DNA of 57,981 bases from Nitrospinota bacterium (lineage in GTDB: Bacteria; Nitrospinota; Nitrospinia; Nitrospinales; VA-1): positions 33,715 through 91,695 of the forward strand of contig JAYNIA010000008.1 of the NCBI GenBank assembly GCA_038108555.1, written 5' to 3'. Position 1 is the first letter of the stretch. The number at the start of each line of letters is the position of its first letter. The position numbers and the translations under genes are program-made. The notes below the pieces were generated by a model, which saw nothing but the letters and a program-made list of their open reading frames with translations, was not told the origin of the DNA and did not search any database. Positions 1 to 8,159 of the stretch are shown here, piece by piece.

Positions 1-623
1 GACATCAGTTGCACGGGAGTTCCTATGGAGATGCCCACCACTTCCGGTTTTTCCTTTTTGATGGAACGCAATACCAGTTGCCTACAGATGTCTGCATAAA
101 CGTTGACTTTGTTATCGAAGGGAACTTTCAGTAAATCGTCAGACACCCAGGGACGGTAAACATTGAGATTGCTCTCGACTGGATAAAACTGGATGCTCGC
201 CGGGAAATAGGCAACGGAAATATATTCCATCACTTCACGGAAAGCATTGAGCGCCCATTCAGATTTTTCGACTTCATAAAATTCCTGGCTTCGCATGATG
301 ACCTTGGCGCGGGTCACTTTTTCGATATGGTAGTCGAGGTCGATGTGCTGATAGTCGCTGAGCATCTGCTTGAGCTCGGCGTCTTCTTTCGAAAGCCCCC
401 CTTCTCTTTCCTGCTGCTTGAGTTCCTTGAGACGATCCTGGATTTTCCCTTTGACGAACAGCAGGAATCCGGGCGTGAAGAAATGGTCGAACATTTCCAC
501 ATTGATGTCTTTGAGGACGGTTTCGATGTTGTTTTGACGCAACACCGCCGCAAGACTGGGGAGAGCCAGATAAGGAGCTGTGGGCACCCATTCCGGCGGG
601 AATATCAACATGACCTTCTTCAT
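1..623 (-). CDS. B12-binding domain radical SAM protein, N-terminal part (runs off the window)
   Basis: Manual translation from ATG at 623 is open to base 1: MKKVMLIFPPEWVPTAPYLALPSLAAVLRQNNIETVLKDINVE...KKEKPEVVGISIGTPVQLM. This is the typical cobalamin-binding N-terminus. The CxxxCxxC motif would lie outside the window. Not in the ORF track. Confidence 0.75.
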   Translation of the reverse strand, partial: MKKVMLIFPPEWVPTAPYLALPSLAAVLRQNNIETVLKDINVEMFDHFFTPGFLLFVKGKIQDRLKELKQQEREGGLSKEDAELKQMLSDYQHIDLDYHIEKVTRAKVIMRSQEFYEVEKSEWALNAFREVMEYISVAYFPASIQFYPVESNLNVYRPWVSDDLLKVPFDNKVNVYADICRQLVLRSIKKEKPEVVGISIGTPVQLM

Positions 624-860
624 TGGTAATCCTTTAATTACACGATGATTTGATAGGCGCTATGGTATCATAAATAGATTCCATTAATCAGATCGCGGGG
701 AAATCCATCGATTTTGGCCTATTCGCTATTAAGTTTTTGGAATCCAATGGGTAAATGCTAACATATGCGCATCTAATATTGAAAATTAACGGGGAGCCGG
801 GTTTCCCTCTGGAACAACGGGAAATCACCGCCCTATAGTTTATGGAGCAATAAACAAGTC

Positions 861-1361
861 ATGTCACAAACCGAAACAAGTGCAGAAATAAAAGCCAAAA
901 TACTGCTGGATGAAGCAAACCTGGCATTTTCAGAAACGTCCGAACGTAAAGACTCCGCCGGTGAACGAACCGCCGATGGATCGGCCTGGGAAGAGGGCCG
1001 GATGGAAGGGGAATATGATGAAGCGGACTACCAGAAAATTCTCGATCTACAAATGAAGGCGGCCATCGTCTGCGACGAACATCCGGAGCTTGAGGACAAA
1101 ACCGCAAAAATGTTTGAATCCATCAACGATTCCAACGCCGAGGAAGTTCTCAATACCGTTCTTGCAGACGAACAAATAATGACGCTGAGTAAAGCTGCGG
1201 TTACCACATTCCTTTTGCGGTTCCCCACAGTACAGTCGTTCGTCAACAAGGGACACCCGCTGGTTCTGGCAATGGATGAATACATGCTGGAAAACGCGGA
1301 CGCACAAAACTGGCACGACTACAACAACCTCGCGCAGGAACTGGGTTGGCTATCGTCTTAG
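861..1361 (+). CDS. Acidic hypothetical protein, 166 aa
   Basis: GGAG upstream and plausible protein composition; no recognisable motif. Confidence 0.75.
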   Translation: MSQTETSAEIKAKILLDEANLAFSETSERKDSAGERTADGSAWEEGRMEGEYDEADYQKILDLQMKAAIVCDEHPELEDKTAKMFESINDSNAEEVLNTVLADEQIMTLSKAAVTTFLLRFPTVQSFVNKGHPLVLAMDEYMLENADAQNWHDYNNLAQELGWLSS

Positions 1362-1383
1362 GCAATTTAACCGTTTTAAACCG

Positions 1384-2739
1384 ATGAAGTTTCGTTACTC
1401 ATTAGCCAAAAAAACCTTCAAGGGTAAAAAGGTAGTCGAGCGGGGAGTTGAAGACCTGATCTCTGAAGATCAGCGCGGCAACCATTCCAGCGCCGATGTT
1501 CCTGGTTCCGATGATGCTCCCAGTCCCTTGAGCCTCGACAAGGATGCCATCACTCCGGTAGAGGAAGAGCCCAAAGAAGTTTCTCGCCGCGACCTGTTTT
1601 CGTTTGGCCGGTTGGGGGATTTCGCCGAAGCGGTTGAAGAAGACCGGAAAAAACAAACTAAAAAAACAAAGAAGAAAAAAGAAGAATCTGCCGAAGAACC
1701 GGAACAAAACGAAGAAGAAATTCCAGCCACTGAAGTTGCCGAAACTGAACCGGAGGTTGTGGAAGAAGAAGCTCCGAAAAAAGGATTTTTCAAACGACTC
1801 GTTTCAAAATTTAAATCCGATCCCGAATCTACAGAAGAATCCGTCGAAGAAAGCGCCACTGCGACCGAAGATATCCCTGACAAAAAGGAAACCTTTGCAG
1901 AGGCCTTGGATACGGCTGAGAAAAAACTTCCGAAAGAAGAAGGAACCAATATTTTCGCGTTGGAAGAAGGAGAAGAGGAAGACCCGCTATACGACCGCCG
2001 AAACTTATTGCGAAAGGGCTTTCATTTCTTTGCCAAACCGGCGGTTGAAAACGTTCAAAATAAAATCGACAGTGTCAACAAGGCGGTCGACAAGATCACC
2101 AAGCGGGTGCCGGTTCTCAGACCACCGGGAGCGATCACGGAAAAAGCTTTTCTCCAAGCCTGTTCGCGTTGTGATGAATGTATTCATGCCTGCCCGAAGG
2201 ATGCGATTCAAAGGGCTCCGAAAAAATTTGGATTCCTCATCCACAACACGCCTTATATCGACCCGATGCGTAATCCATGTGTCATGTGCACTGAGTTACC
2301 CTGCATCCCCGCCTGTCCCGATGGCGCTTTGCTACCGGTCCAGGAACTGACGGATGTCAGCATGGGGTATGCGATTCTGGACAAGAAAAAATGCCAGGCC
2401 TATGGAGATACGTTTTGCCAGCAATGTGTCATCGATTGTCCGGTACCTGGTGCGATTCATCAGGTCGACAACAAACCGGTCATCGATAAAAACACATGTA
2501 CGGGTTGCGGTGTCTGCATGCGGTCCTGCAGCACGGTGAATATTCCCCTGGCTATCAAGATCAAGCCGCAGATGGTGATCGATTACCAGATCCACAAAAA
2601 GAAACTGGAGCAGGAAAAAGCCCGCATCGAAGCTGAGAGGCTTGCTGCCGAAAAACTGGAAGCGGAACAAGAGGCCGCAGAACAGCTGGAAGCCGAGCAG
2701 CTTGAAGCTGAGCAGGAAAATACCGAGGCCGAAAGCTGA
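1384..2739 (+). CDS. NapG/MauM-family 4x[4Fe-4S] ferredoxin with long acidic N-terminal extension
   Basis: LRPPGA..AFLQACSRCDECIHACP, CVMCTELPCIPACP, CQAYGDTFCQQCVIDCP and CTGCGVCMRSC. Start placed at ATG 1384, after the upstream stop. Confidence 0.85.
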   Translation: MKFRYSLAKKTFKGKKVVERGVEDLISEDQRGNHSSADVPGSDDAPSPLSLDKDAITPVEEEPKEVSRRDLFSFGRLGDFAEAVEEDRKKQTKKTKKKKEESAEEPEQNEEEIPATEVAETEPEVVEEEAPKKGFFKRLVSKFKSDPESTEESVEESATATEDIPDKKETFAEALDTAEKKLPKEEGTNIFALEEGEEEDPLYDRRNLLRKGFHFFAKPAVENVQNKIDSVNKAVDKITKRVPVLRPPGAITEKAFLQACSRCDECIHACPKDAIQRAPKKFGFLIHNTPYIDPMRNPCVMCTELPCIPACPDGALLPVQELTDVSMGYAILDKKKCQAYGDTFCQQCVIDCPVPGAIHQVDNKPVIDKNTCTGCGVCMRSCSTVNIPLAIKIKPQMVIDYQIHKKKLEQEKARIEAERLAAEKLEAEQEAAEQLEAEQLEAEQENTEAES

Positions 2740-2788
2740 TCCCGGCCCCTAAATATCGCCTACAACCAAGATTTCGCTGATTTATCCC

Positions 2789-2817
2789 TTGCAAGTCTCC
2801 TCTGTTTTCAGTAAGTT
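2789..2817 (+). promoter_or_regulatory. Putative sigma70 promoter of aspS
   Basis: TTGCAA-N17-TAAGTT about 60 nt upstream of the ATG. Confidence 0.45.
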
Positions 2818-2879
2818 AGGCGTTTTGCCCCTCTGCATATCAATAAAACGAATTACTTGTTAAAAAACAAAGGCTATAA

Positions 2880-4655
2880 ATGAGCAATGAACTTCAAAGA
2901 ACGCACCATTGTGGTGAGTTGACTGATAAAGATATCGACCAACAGGTCACTCTGTGTGGATGGGTGCACACTCGACGCGATCATGGCGGATTGATCTTTG
3001 TCGATCTCTGGGACAAGTACGGCATCACCCAAGTGGTGTTGAATCCGCAAATCGACCAGTTGGCCCATGAGCATGCGCAATCCATTCGCGGCAATTTTGT
3101 GATCGGTGTGGTGGGCAAGGTACGGGCCCGGCCTGAGGACATGGTCAATCCCAAATTACAAACCGGGAAAATTGAAGTTTATGTCGACGAACTGAGCATA
3201 TTGAATCGTTCTGAGACACCGCCTATCTCTCCCTGGGAACCACAGGACACTTCGGAAGCGCTGCGTTTGAAATACCGCTTTCTCGATTTACGTGGACCGG
3301 AACTGCAACGAAACTTAAAACTGCGTTACGACATCACCCGCGTGGCCCGCAACGAACTGCACCGACAGGGTTTTATGGAAGTGGAAACACCGATGCTAAC
3401 GAAAAGCACTCCTGAAGGAGCGCGGGACTACCTCGTCCCCAGTCGATTGAATCCACAAAAGTTTTATGCACTGCCCCAATCTCCGCAACTGTTTAAACAG
3501 ATTCTCATGGTCTCGGGGATGGATAAATATTTTCAGATCGTAAAATGTTTCCGCGATGAAGATTTAAGGCAGGATCGCCAACCGGAATTCACCCAGATAG
3601 ATATCGAAATGTCTTTCGGCAATGAAAAAATTCTTTTTCAAATGATCGAAGAGATGATGGCGGCCATTTATAAGGAAGTGTTGAACATAGAGATTCCTAC
3701 TCCCTTCCCGGTTTTGAAATATCAGGATGCCATTGACCGATTCGGAACAGACAAACCGGATATGAGAATCGATATGGAAATTGTCGATTTGGCTGAAATT
3801 GTCCGGGGGACCCAGTTCAAGGTATTTGCACAGGTTCTGGAATCTGGTGGACAGATTAGGGCGCTGAATATTAAAGACAGTGCCGACTCCCTGTCCCGAA
3901 AAGCTCTGGATGATTTAACCGAGGTGGCAAAAACCTATGGTGCCAAAGGCATGGCCTGGATAAAGGTGCAGGAGAATGAATTGCAATCTCCTATCATCAA
4001 GTTTTTCGAGCAGGAAATGCTCGACCGAATGCTCGAAAAACTCGGCAGCAAACCGGGAGATACCGTGGTGTTCATCGCCGACACACCCAAAATCGTCGCC
4101 GATGCTTTGGCCCATTTGCGCCTTGCCATAGCAAAGTTACTTAACCGGGTCGATGAGTCCAAAAATTCTTTTCTCTGGGTAACCGAGTTTCCCCTCGTCG
4201 AATACGATGAAGCAGAAAAAAGACATGTTGCAATGCATCATCCTTTCACTGCCCCTCGCGAGGAAGATTTGGACAAATTCGAATCGGACCCGGGTGCAAT
4301 TAAAGCGCGTGCCTACGACCTGGTATTGAACGGCAACGAAATTGGAGGTGGAAGTATTCGTATCCACCAGAAAGAAGTGCAGGAAAAAATGTTCAAACTC
4401 CTCGGTATCGATAAAGAAGAAGCCGAGGCGAAGTTCGGATTCCTATTAGATGCCCTTCAATACGGAGCTCCTCCCCATTGCGGCATTGCCATGGGACTGG
4501 ACCGCGTTGCCATGCTGTTGACCGGTGCCGAATCGATTCGGGATGTGATCGCTTTCCCAAAAACCCAGAAAGCCACCTGCTTAATGACCCATGCGCCTTC
4601 TGAAGTGGATAAAAAACAGCTGAGAGAACTCAAACTGAAAGCCGACCTGAGCTGA
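2880..4655 (+). CDS. aspS: Aspartate--tRNA ligase
   Basis: RTHHCG, RRDHGGLIFVDL, STPEGARDYLVPSR, FRDEDLRQDRQPEFTQ and GAPPHCGIAMGLDR motifs. Confidence 0.98.
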   Translation: MSNELQRTHHCGELTDKDIDQQVTLCGWVHTRRDHGGLIFVDLWDKYGITQVVLNPQIDQLAHEHAQSIRGNFVIGVVGKVRARPEDMVNPKLQTGKIEVYVDELSILNRSETPPISPWEPQDTSEALRLKYRFLDLRGPELQRNLKLRYDITRVARNELHRQGFMEVETPMLTKSTPEGARDYLVPSRLNPQKFYALPQSPQLFKQILMVSGMDKYFQIVKCFRDEDLRQDRQPEFTQIDIEMSFGNEKILFQMIEEMMAAIYKEVLNIEIPTPFPVLKYQDAIDRFGTDKPDMRIDMEIVDLAEIVRGTQFKVFAQVLESGGQIRALNIKDSADSLSRKALDDLTEVAKTYGAKGMAWIKVQENELQSPIIKFFEQEMLDRMLEKLGSKPGDTVVFIADTPKIVADALAHLRLAIAKLLNRVDESKNSFLWVTEFPLVEYDEAEKRHVAMHHPFTAPREEDLDKFESDPGAIKARAYDLVLNGNEIGGGSIRIHQKEVQEKMFKLLGIDKEEAEAKFGFLLDALQYGAPPHCGIAMGLDRVAMLLTGAESIRDVIAFPKTQKATCLMTHAPSEVDKKQLRELKLKADLS

Positions 4656-4909
4656 TATCCATCTCCAAGTGGAGAGAAAACTGCAGACTTTGTTCCACCT
4701 CCCCCTTTTTTGTAATTGTTCTTACTGAGCTCCCCTTATTAGACCGCCTCTTCAGACCTCCTTTCCATAAAACCCTTTTTCCTGGCCCAGTTCAGATTTC
4801 CGTAATGCCGTTTTTACTCAAAAATTCACGACACACCCACAGGCATTCGTTAAACTATTTTTAGTGAGGTGTCTTTACTCCTCTCAAAAGATCATCTGCT
4901 CCTCGGATA

Positions 4910-4949
4910 CCGGGAGCAGGGCGTTCCCCCTTGCTCCCGGATTTTTTTT
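4910..4949 (+). terminator. Intrinsic terminator between aspS and larE, with a competing antiterminator
   Basis: CCGGGAGCAGGG/CCTTGCTCCCGG 12-bp stem followed by A and T8. Confidence 0.75.
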
Positions 4950-5000
4950 GCCCTCCGCTTGTGTTACTCTTTAGCTGATTCAACCTTTATGCGACCTTTT

Positions 5001-5822
5001 ATGTCACTGAAAGAGAAAACAGAAAAACTAAAATCGTTGATCCGGGAAATGGATCGTGCACTCGTTGCATTTTCAGGAGGCGTGGATAGCACCCTCGTTG
5101 TAGCAATTGCCCACAAAATGCTTGGCAAAAATGTCCTGGCAGTAACGGCGCAATCTGAAAGCGTGCCCGACAGGGAAAAGGAAGCCTGCAGTGCACTGGC
5201 AAAAGAAATAGGGGTGAATCATATCTTTATTAAAACTGAAGAAATGAAAAACCCAAACTATCAGGCCAATCCATCGGACCGTTGTTATCATTGCAAAACC
5301 GAGTTGTATTCCTGCCTGAAAAAAGTAGCCGAAGAAATGGGCTTCCCCCACATTCTGAACGGTATCAACACCGATGACCTGGGGGATTACCGGCCGGGAA
5401 TCGATGCCGCACGTGAAAATTCGGTTAGAAGTCCCCTGGTCGAGGCGGGATTCAACAAAGAAGACATCCGCAACCTGGCAAGACAATTGGAACTTTCCAT
5501 ATGGAACAAACCGGCGATGGCGTGTTTGTCCTCACGTATTCCTTATGGAGATCAGGTGACTCCTGAAAAACTGAAAAGAATAGAACAAGCAGAAGATCTT
5601 CTGCTGTCATTGGGATTCAAACAACTGCGGGTTCGGCATTTTGGAGACACAGCAAAAATCGAACTGGGGCAAAATGAAATTCCCCAGTTCTCTACGGATG
5701 TTGAAGGGATCGTAAAAAAGAAATTCCTTGAATTAGGGTTTCAATCAATTTACCTCGACCCAAAAGGTTATCGAATGGGAAGCCTGAACGAAGCTTTGAA
5801 AAAAAAGACGGATTATGTTTAA
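5001..5822 (+). CDS. larE: ATP-dependent sulfur transferase LarE (PP-loop)
   Basis: AFSGGVDS PP-loop, RCYHCK, DDLGDYRPG, ACLSSRIPYG and GYRMGSLN. Start at ATG 5001 preferred. Confidence 0.9.
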   Translation: MSLKEKTEKLKSLIREMDRALVAFSGGVDSTLVVAIAHKMLGKNVLAVTAQSESVPDREKEACSALAKEIGVNHIFIKTEEMKNPNYQANPSDRCYHCKTELYSCLKKVAEEMGFPHILNGINTDDLGDYRPGIDAARENSVRSPLVEAGFNKEDIRNLARQLELSIWNKPAMACLSSRIPYGDQVTPEKLKRIEQAEDLLLSLGFKQLRVRHFGDTAKIELGQNEIPQFSTDVEGIVKKKFLELGFQSIYLDPKGYRMGSLNEALKKKTDYV

Positions 5823-6048
5823 CGTACAATTGCGACCGGAAGTAAGAAAACAACTGAAAGACCCGGATGGGTTTGCCAGTGGACTGGGCCTGGTTTATAC
5901 CGGACTCACCATCACCATGGGCGGTGTGGTGATGATGCTGATACTATTCTTCAATAAACCGGAGCACGTGCTGCATCCTACCTGGATTCTTTTCCTCGGA
6001 CTGGGTATTGTCGCCTGGGGTGAGATCAAAAAAGCCCGCTGCAAATAG
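5815..6048 (+). CDS. Small two-helix membrane protein
   Basis: Two hydrophobic segments; start overlaps the larE stop by 8 nt. Confidence 0.7.
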   Translation: MFNVQLRPEVRKQLKDPDGFASGLGLVYTGLTITMGGVVMMLILFFNKPEHVLHPTWILFLGLGIVAWGEIKKARCK

Positions 6049-6119
6049 AGGCGCAAGCGCCTCGACTGTCTGGTCATTTCCTGTATGGCTAACAGAACCA
6101 ACAAGCCTTTAACGATAGT

Positions 6120-6944
6120 TTACTTTGCCAATTCTTTAGAGCGGAGGGTAGCTTTTTCGACGGCATTCATCAGGGTAGCGCGAAGGCTGCCTTTTTCGAG
6201 GGCGTGCAGTCCCGCGATGGTGGTACCTCCCGGAGAGGTCACGCGATTTTTCAATTCTCCAGGAGAAGTCCCGGTTTCCCGCACCAACAGGGCGGAACCT
6301 AAAACCGTTTGCACGGTTAATTCGTTTGCGACATCCCTTGAGAGTCCCATTTTGACTCCCGCATCGGAAAGGGCTTCGATAATCATAAAGATATAGGCGG
6401 GTCCGCTACCACTCAACCCGGTAACGGCATCGATTTGTTCTTCAGGAACTTCAACCGTTCGGCCAACGGCCTGAAAAATTTCATGGGAAATTTTTAAATC
6501 CGGTTTACTCACACCCTTTCCTGTGGAGATGGCGGTGACTCCTTCTTGGACCACGGAAGGCGTATTGGGCATCGTTCTTACCACGCACAGTTTTTTCTTT
6601 TTTCCCCCACTCAAAGCTTTTTCTATTTGGGAAATAGTAGTTCCTGCGGCTACCGAAATCACCAGCTTTTTTGCATCCACCTCGTGAGCGATATCACTTA
6701 ACACTTGTTCGATGATTTGTGGTTTTACTGCAACGACAAGAACTTCGGATTTCTTAACTAAATCAAGATTATCTTTCATTATCTTGATTTTATATTCAGA
6801 GACCAAATGGGTTTGACGGCTTTTACTCGGCTCTGAAACCAAAATATTGGGCGCTTTCAGCAGGGAAGAAGAAATCATTCCCTTAATGATGGCCTCAGCC
6901 ATATTGCCACCACCGATGAAACCTATCTTTTTATTTTTTAACAC
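6120..6944 (-). CDS. proC: Pyrroline-5-carboxylate reductase
   Basis: IGFIGGGNMA, RTMPNTP, SGSGPAY and VTSPGGTT motifs. Confidence 0.97.
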   Translation of the reverse strand: MLKNKKIGFIGGGNMAEAIIKGMISSSLLKAPNILVSEPSKSRQTHLVSEYKIKIMKDNLDLVKKSEVLVVAVKPQIIEQVLSDIAHEVDAKKLVISVAAGTTISQIEKALSGGKKKKLCVVRTMPNTPSVVQEGVTAISTGKGVSKPDLKISHEIFQAVGRTVEVPEEQIDAVTGLSGSGPAYIFMIIEALSDAGVKMGLSRDVANELTVQTVLGSALLVRETGTSPGELKNRVTSPGGTTIAGLHALEKGSLRATLMNAVEKATLRSKELAK

Positions 6945-7050
6945 GGGCTTGTTCTCCTGATATAAATTTTCACTCCCTTAACCGGGGAGGTCATTAAAAT
7001 TATTTCACTTCATCCAGAAGCGCAAAAGCAGGGTTCGTACAAAAGAGCCT

Positions 7051-7752
7051 CTACAATTTGGGTCCAGCGTCACGCTGGCCAAATATAGCGGTACCAACTC
7101 GCACCAGGGTTGCGCCCTCTTCTATCGCGATTGAGTAATCGCTGGTCATTCCCATGGACAATTCTTTTAATTCGATTCCCTCAACATTCAAAGCCTGGCA
7201 TTCATCCCTCAATTCGCGTAAAGCAGAAAAATATTTTCGCGAATTTTCAGGGTCAGAGTCCTGTGGAGGAATCGTCATCAATCCCTGAACCTTTAATCCT
7301 TTCAGTTTTCCAAAATCTGCAAGATTGTCTTTTAAATCAGAAGGAGTCATTCCGAACTTGGCCTCTTCTCCCGAGACATTGACCTGTAACAAAACGGCTT
7401 GTTTGCGGTTTTGGTTTTCGCAGGAGGCACTAATCTTTTCAGCCAGAGGCAGGCTATCAACAGAATGGATTAATTCAAAACGCGAATCAAGAAACTTAAC
7501 CTTGTTTTTTTGCAGGTGACCGATGAAATGCCAGCTCACATCGGCGAGATTGACTTCATCGATTTTAGAAACCGCTTCCTGAATTTTATTTTCACCAAAG
7601 CACTTTGCACCTGCCTGATGGGCAGCCAATACTTTTTCAGAAGACATCTGCTTGGACACTGCAATCAGGCGGACGGTGGAAGGATTTCGCCCCGCTTTTT
7701 TGGCGGCATTGGCAATATGATGTTTTACTGATTCAAGGTTATCAGCTATCAA
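7051..7752 (-). CDS. yggS: PLP homeostasis protein (YggS/PLPBP)
   Basis: LIAVSK, FGENKIQE, WHFIGHLQKNK, LSMGMT and VRVGTAIFG; adjacent to proC as usual. Confidence 0.96.
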   Translation of the reverse strand: MIADNLESVKHHIANAAKKAGRNPSTVRLIAVSKQMSSEKVLAAHQAGAKCFGENKIQEAVSKIDEVNLADVSWHFIGHLQKNKVKFLDSRFELIHSVDSLPLAEKISASCENQNRKQAVLLQVNVSGEEAKFGMTPSDLKDNLADFGKLKGLKVQGLMTIPPQDSDPENSRKYFSALRELRDECQALNVEGIELKELSMGMTSDYSIAIEEGATLVRVGTAIFGQRDAGPKL

Positions 7753-7769
7753 GGGGTTTGCCGACTTAT

Positions 7770-8108
7770 TCAGTAAAGAGCTTGTGTTCCGCGTTCGCTG
7801 GTCCTTACTCGAATGGCATCTTCCACAGGAAGTATGAAAATTTTACCATCGCCAAGATTTCCGGTATGCGCCGTCTTAACAATCATTTCAATTACTTCTT
7901 CGACCGCTTCATTTTCAAGCACAACGGATATTTCTACACGCGGATGGAATTGAGGGACAACAGCTTCGGTATCTGATTTCATTTGCCCCATGGGTTTGCC
8001 AATACCTTTAACATCAACAACAGACAAACCCGGCACCCCCAGTTCGAAAAGTTTTTCCCGAATGGTTTCTAACTTCTCATGTCTTATATTGCATTTGATC
8101 ATTTTCAT
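7770..8108 (-). CDS. PII-family signal transduction protein with a non-canonical T-loop
   Basis: 112 aa; B-loop TGNLGDGKIF and C-loop RVRTSERG conserved; T-loop divergent. Confidence 0.92.
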   Translation of the reverse strand: MKMIKCNIRHEKLETIREKLFELGVPGLSVVDVKGIGKPMGQMKSDTEAVVPQFHPRVEISVVLENEAVEEVIEMIVKTAHTGNLGDGKIFILPVEDAIRVRTSERGTQALY

Positions 8109-8120
8109 GGCGTTAGTACC

Positions 8121-8149
8121 ACTTTAGACCCAATTAATGGCTTTGGCAA
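8121..8149 (-). promoter_or_regulatory. Putative sigma70 promoter of the PII gene
   Basis: Minus strand TTGCCA-N17-TAAAGT, ending 12 nt before the ATG. Confidence 0.45.
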
Positions 8150-8159
8150 GGTTGAAACG

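Noticed and set aside
630..860. Cobalamin riboswitch ahead of the B12 radical SAM gene
   Set aside because: A TTTCCC/GGGAAA hairpin exists, but the other conserved cobalamin-riboswitch blocks are absent on both strands.
1604..2350. 248-aa alternative-frame ORF
   Set aside because: Shadow of the ferredoxin gene, with no motif of its own.
4656..5000. T-box or NiCo riboswitch
   Set aside because: It lies downstream of aspS, and I could not find either consensus.
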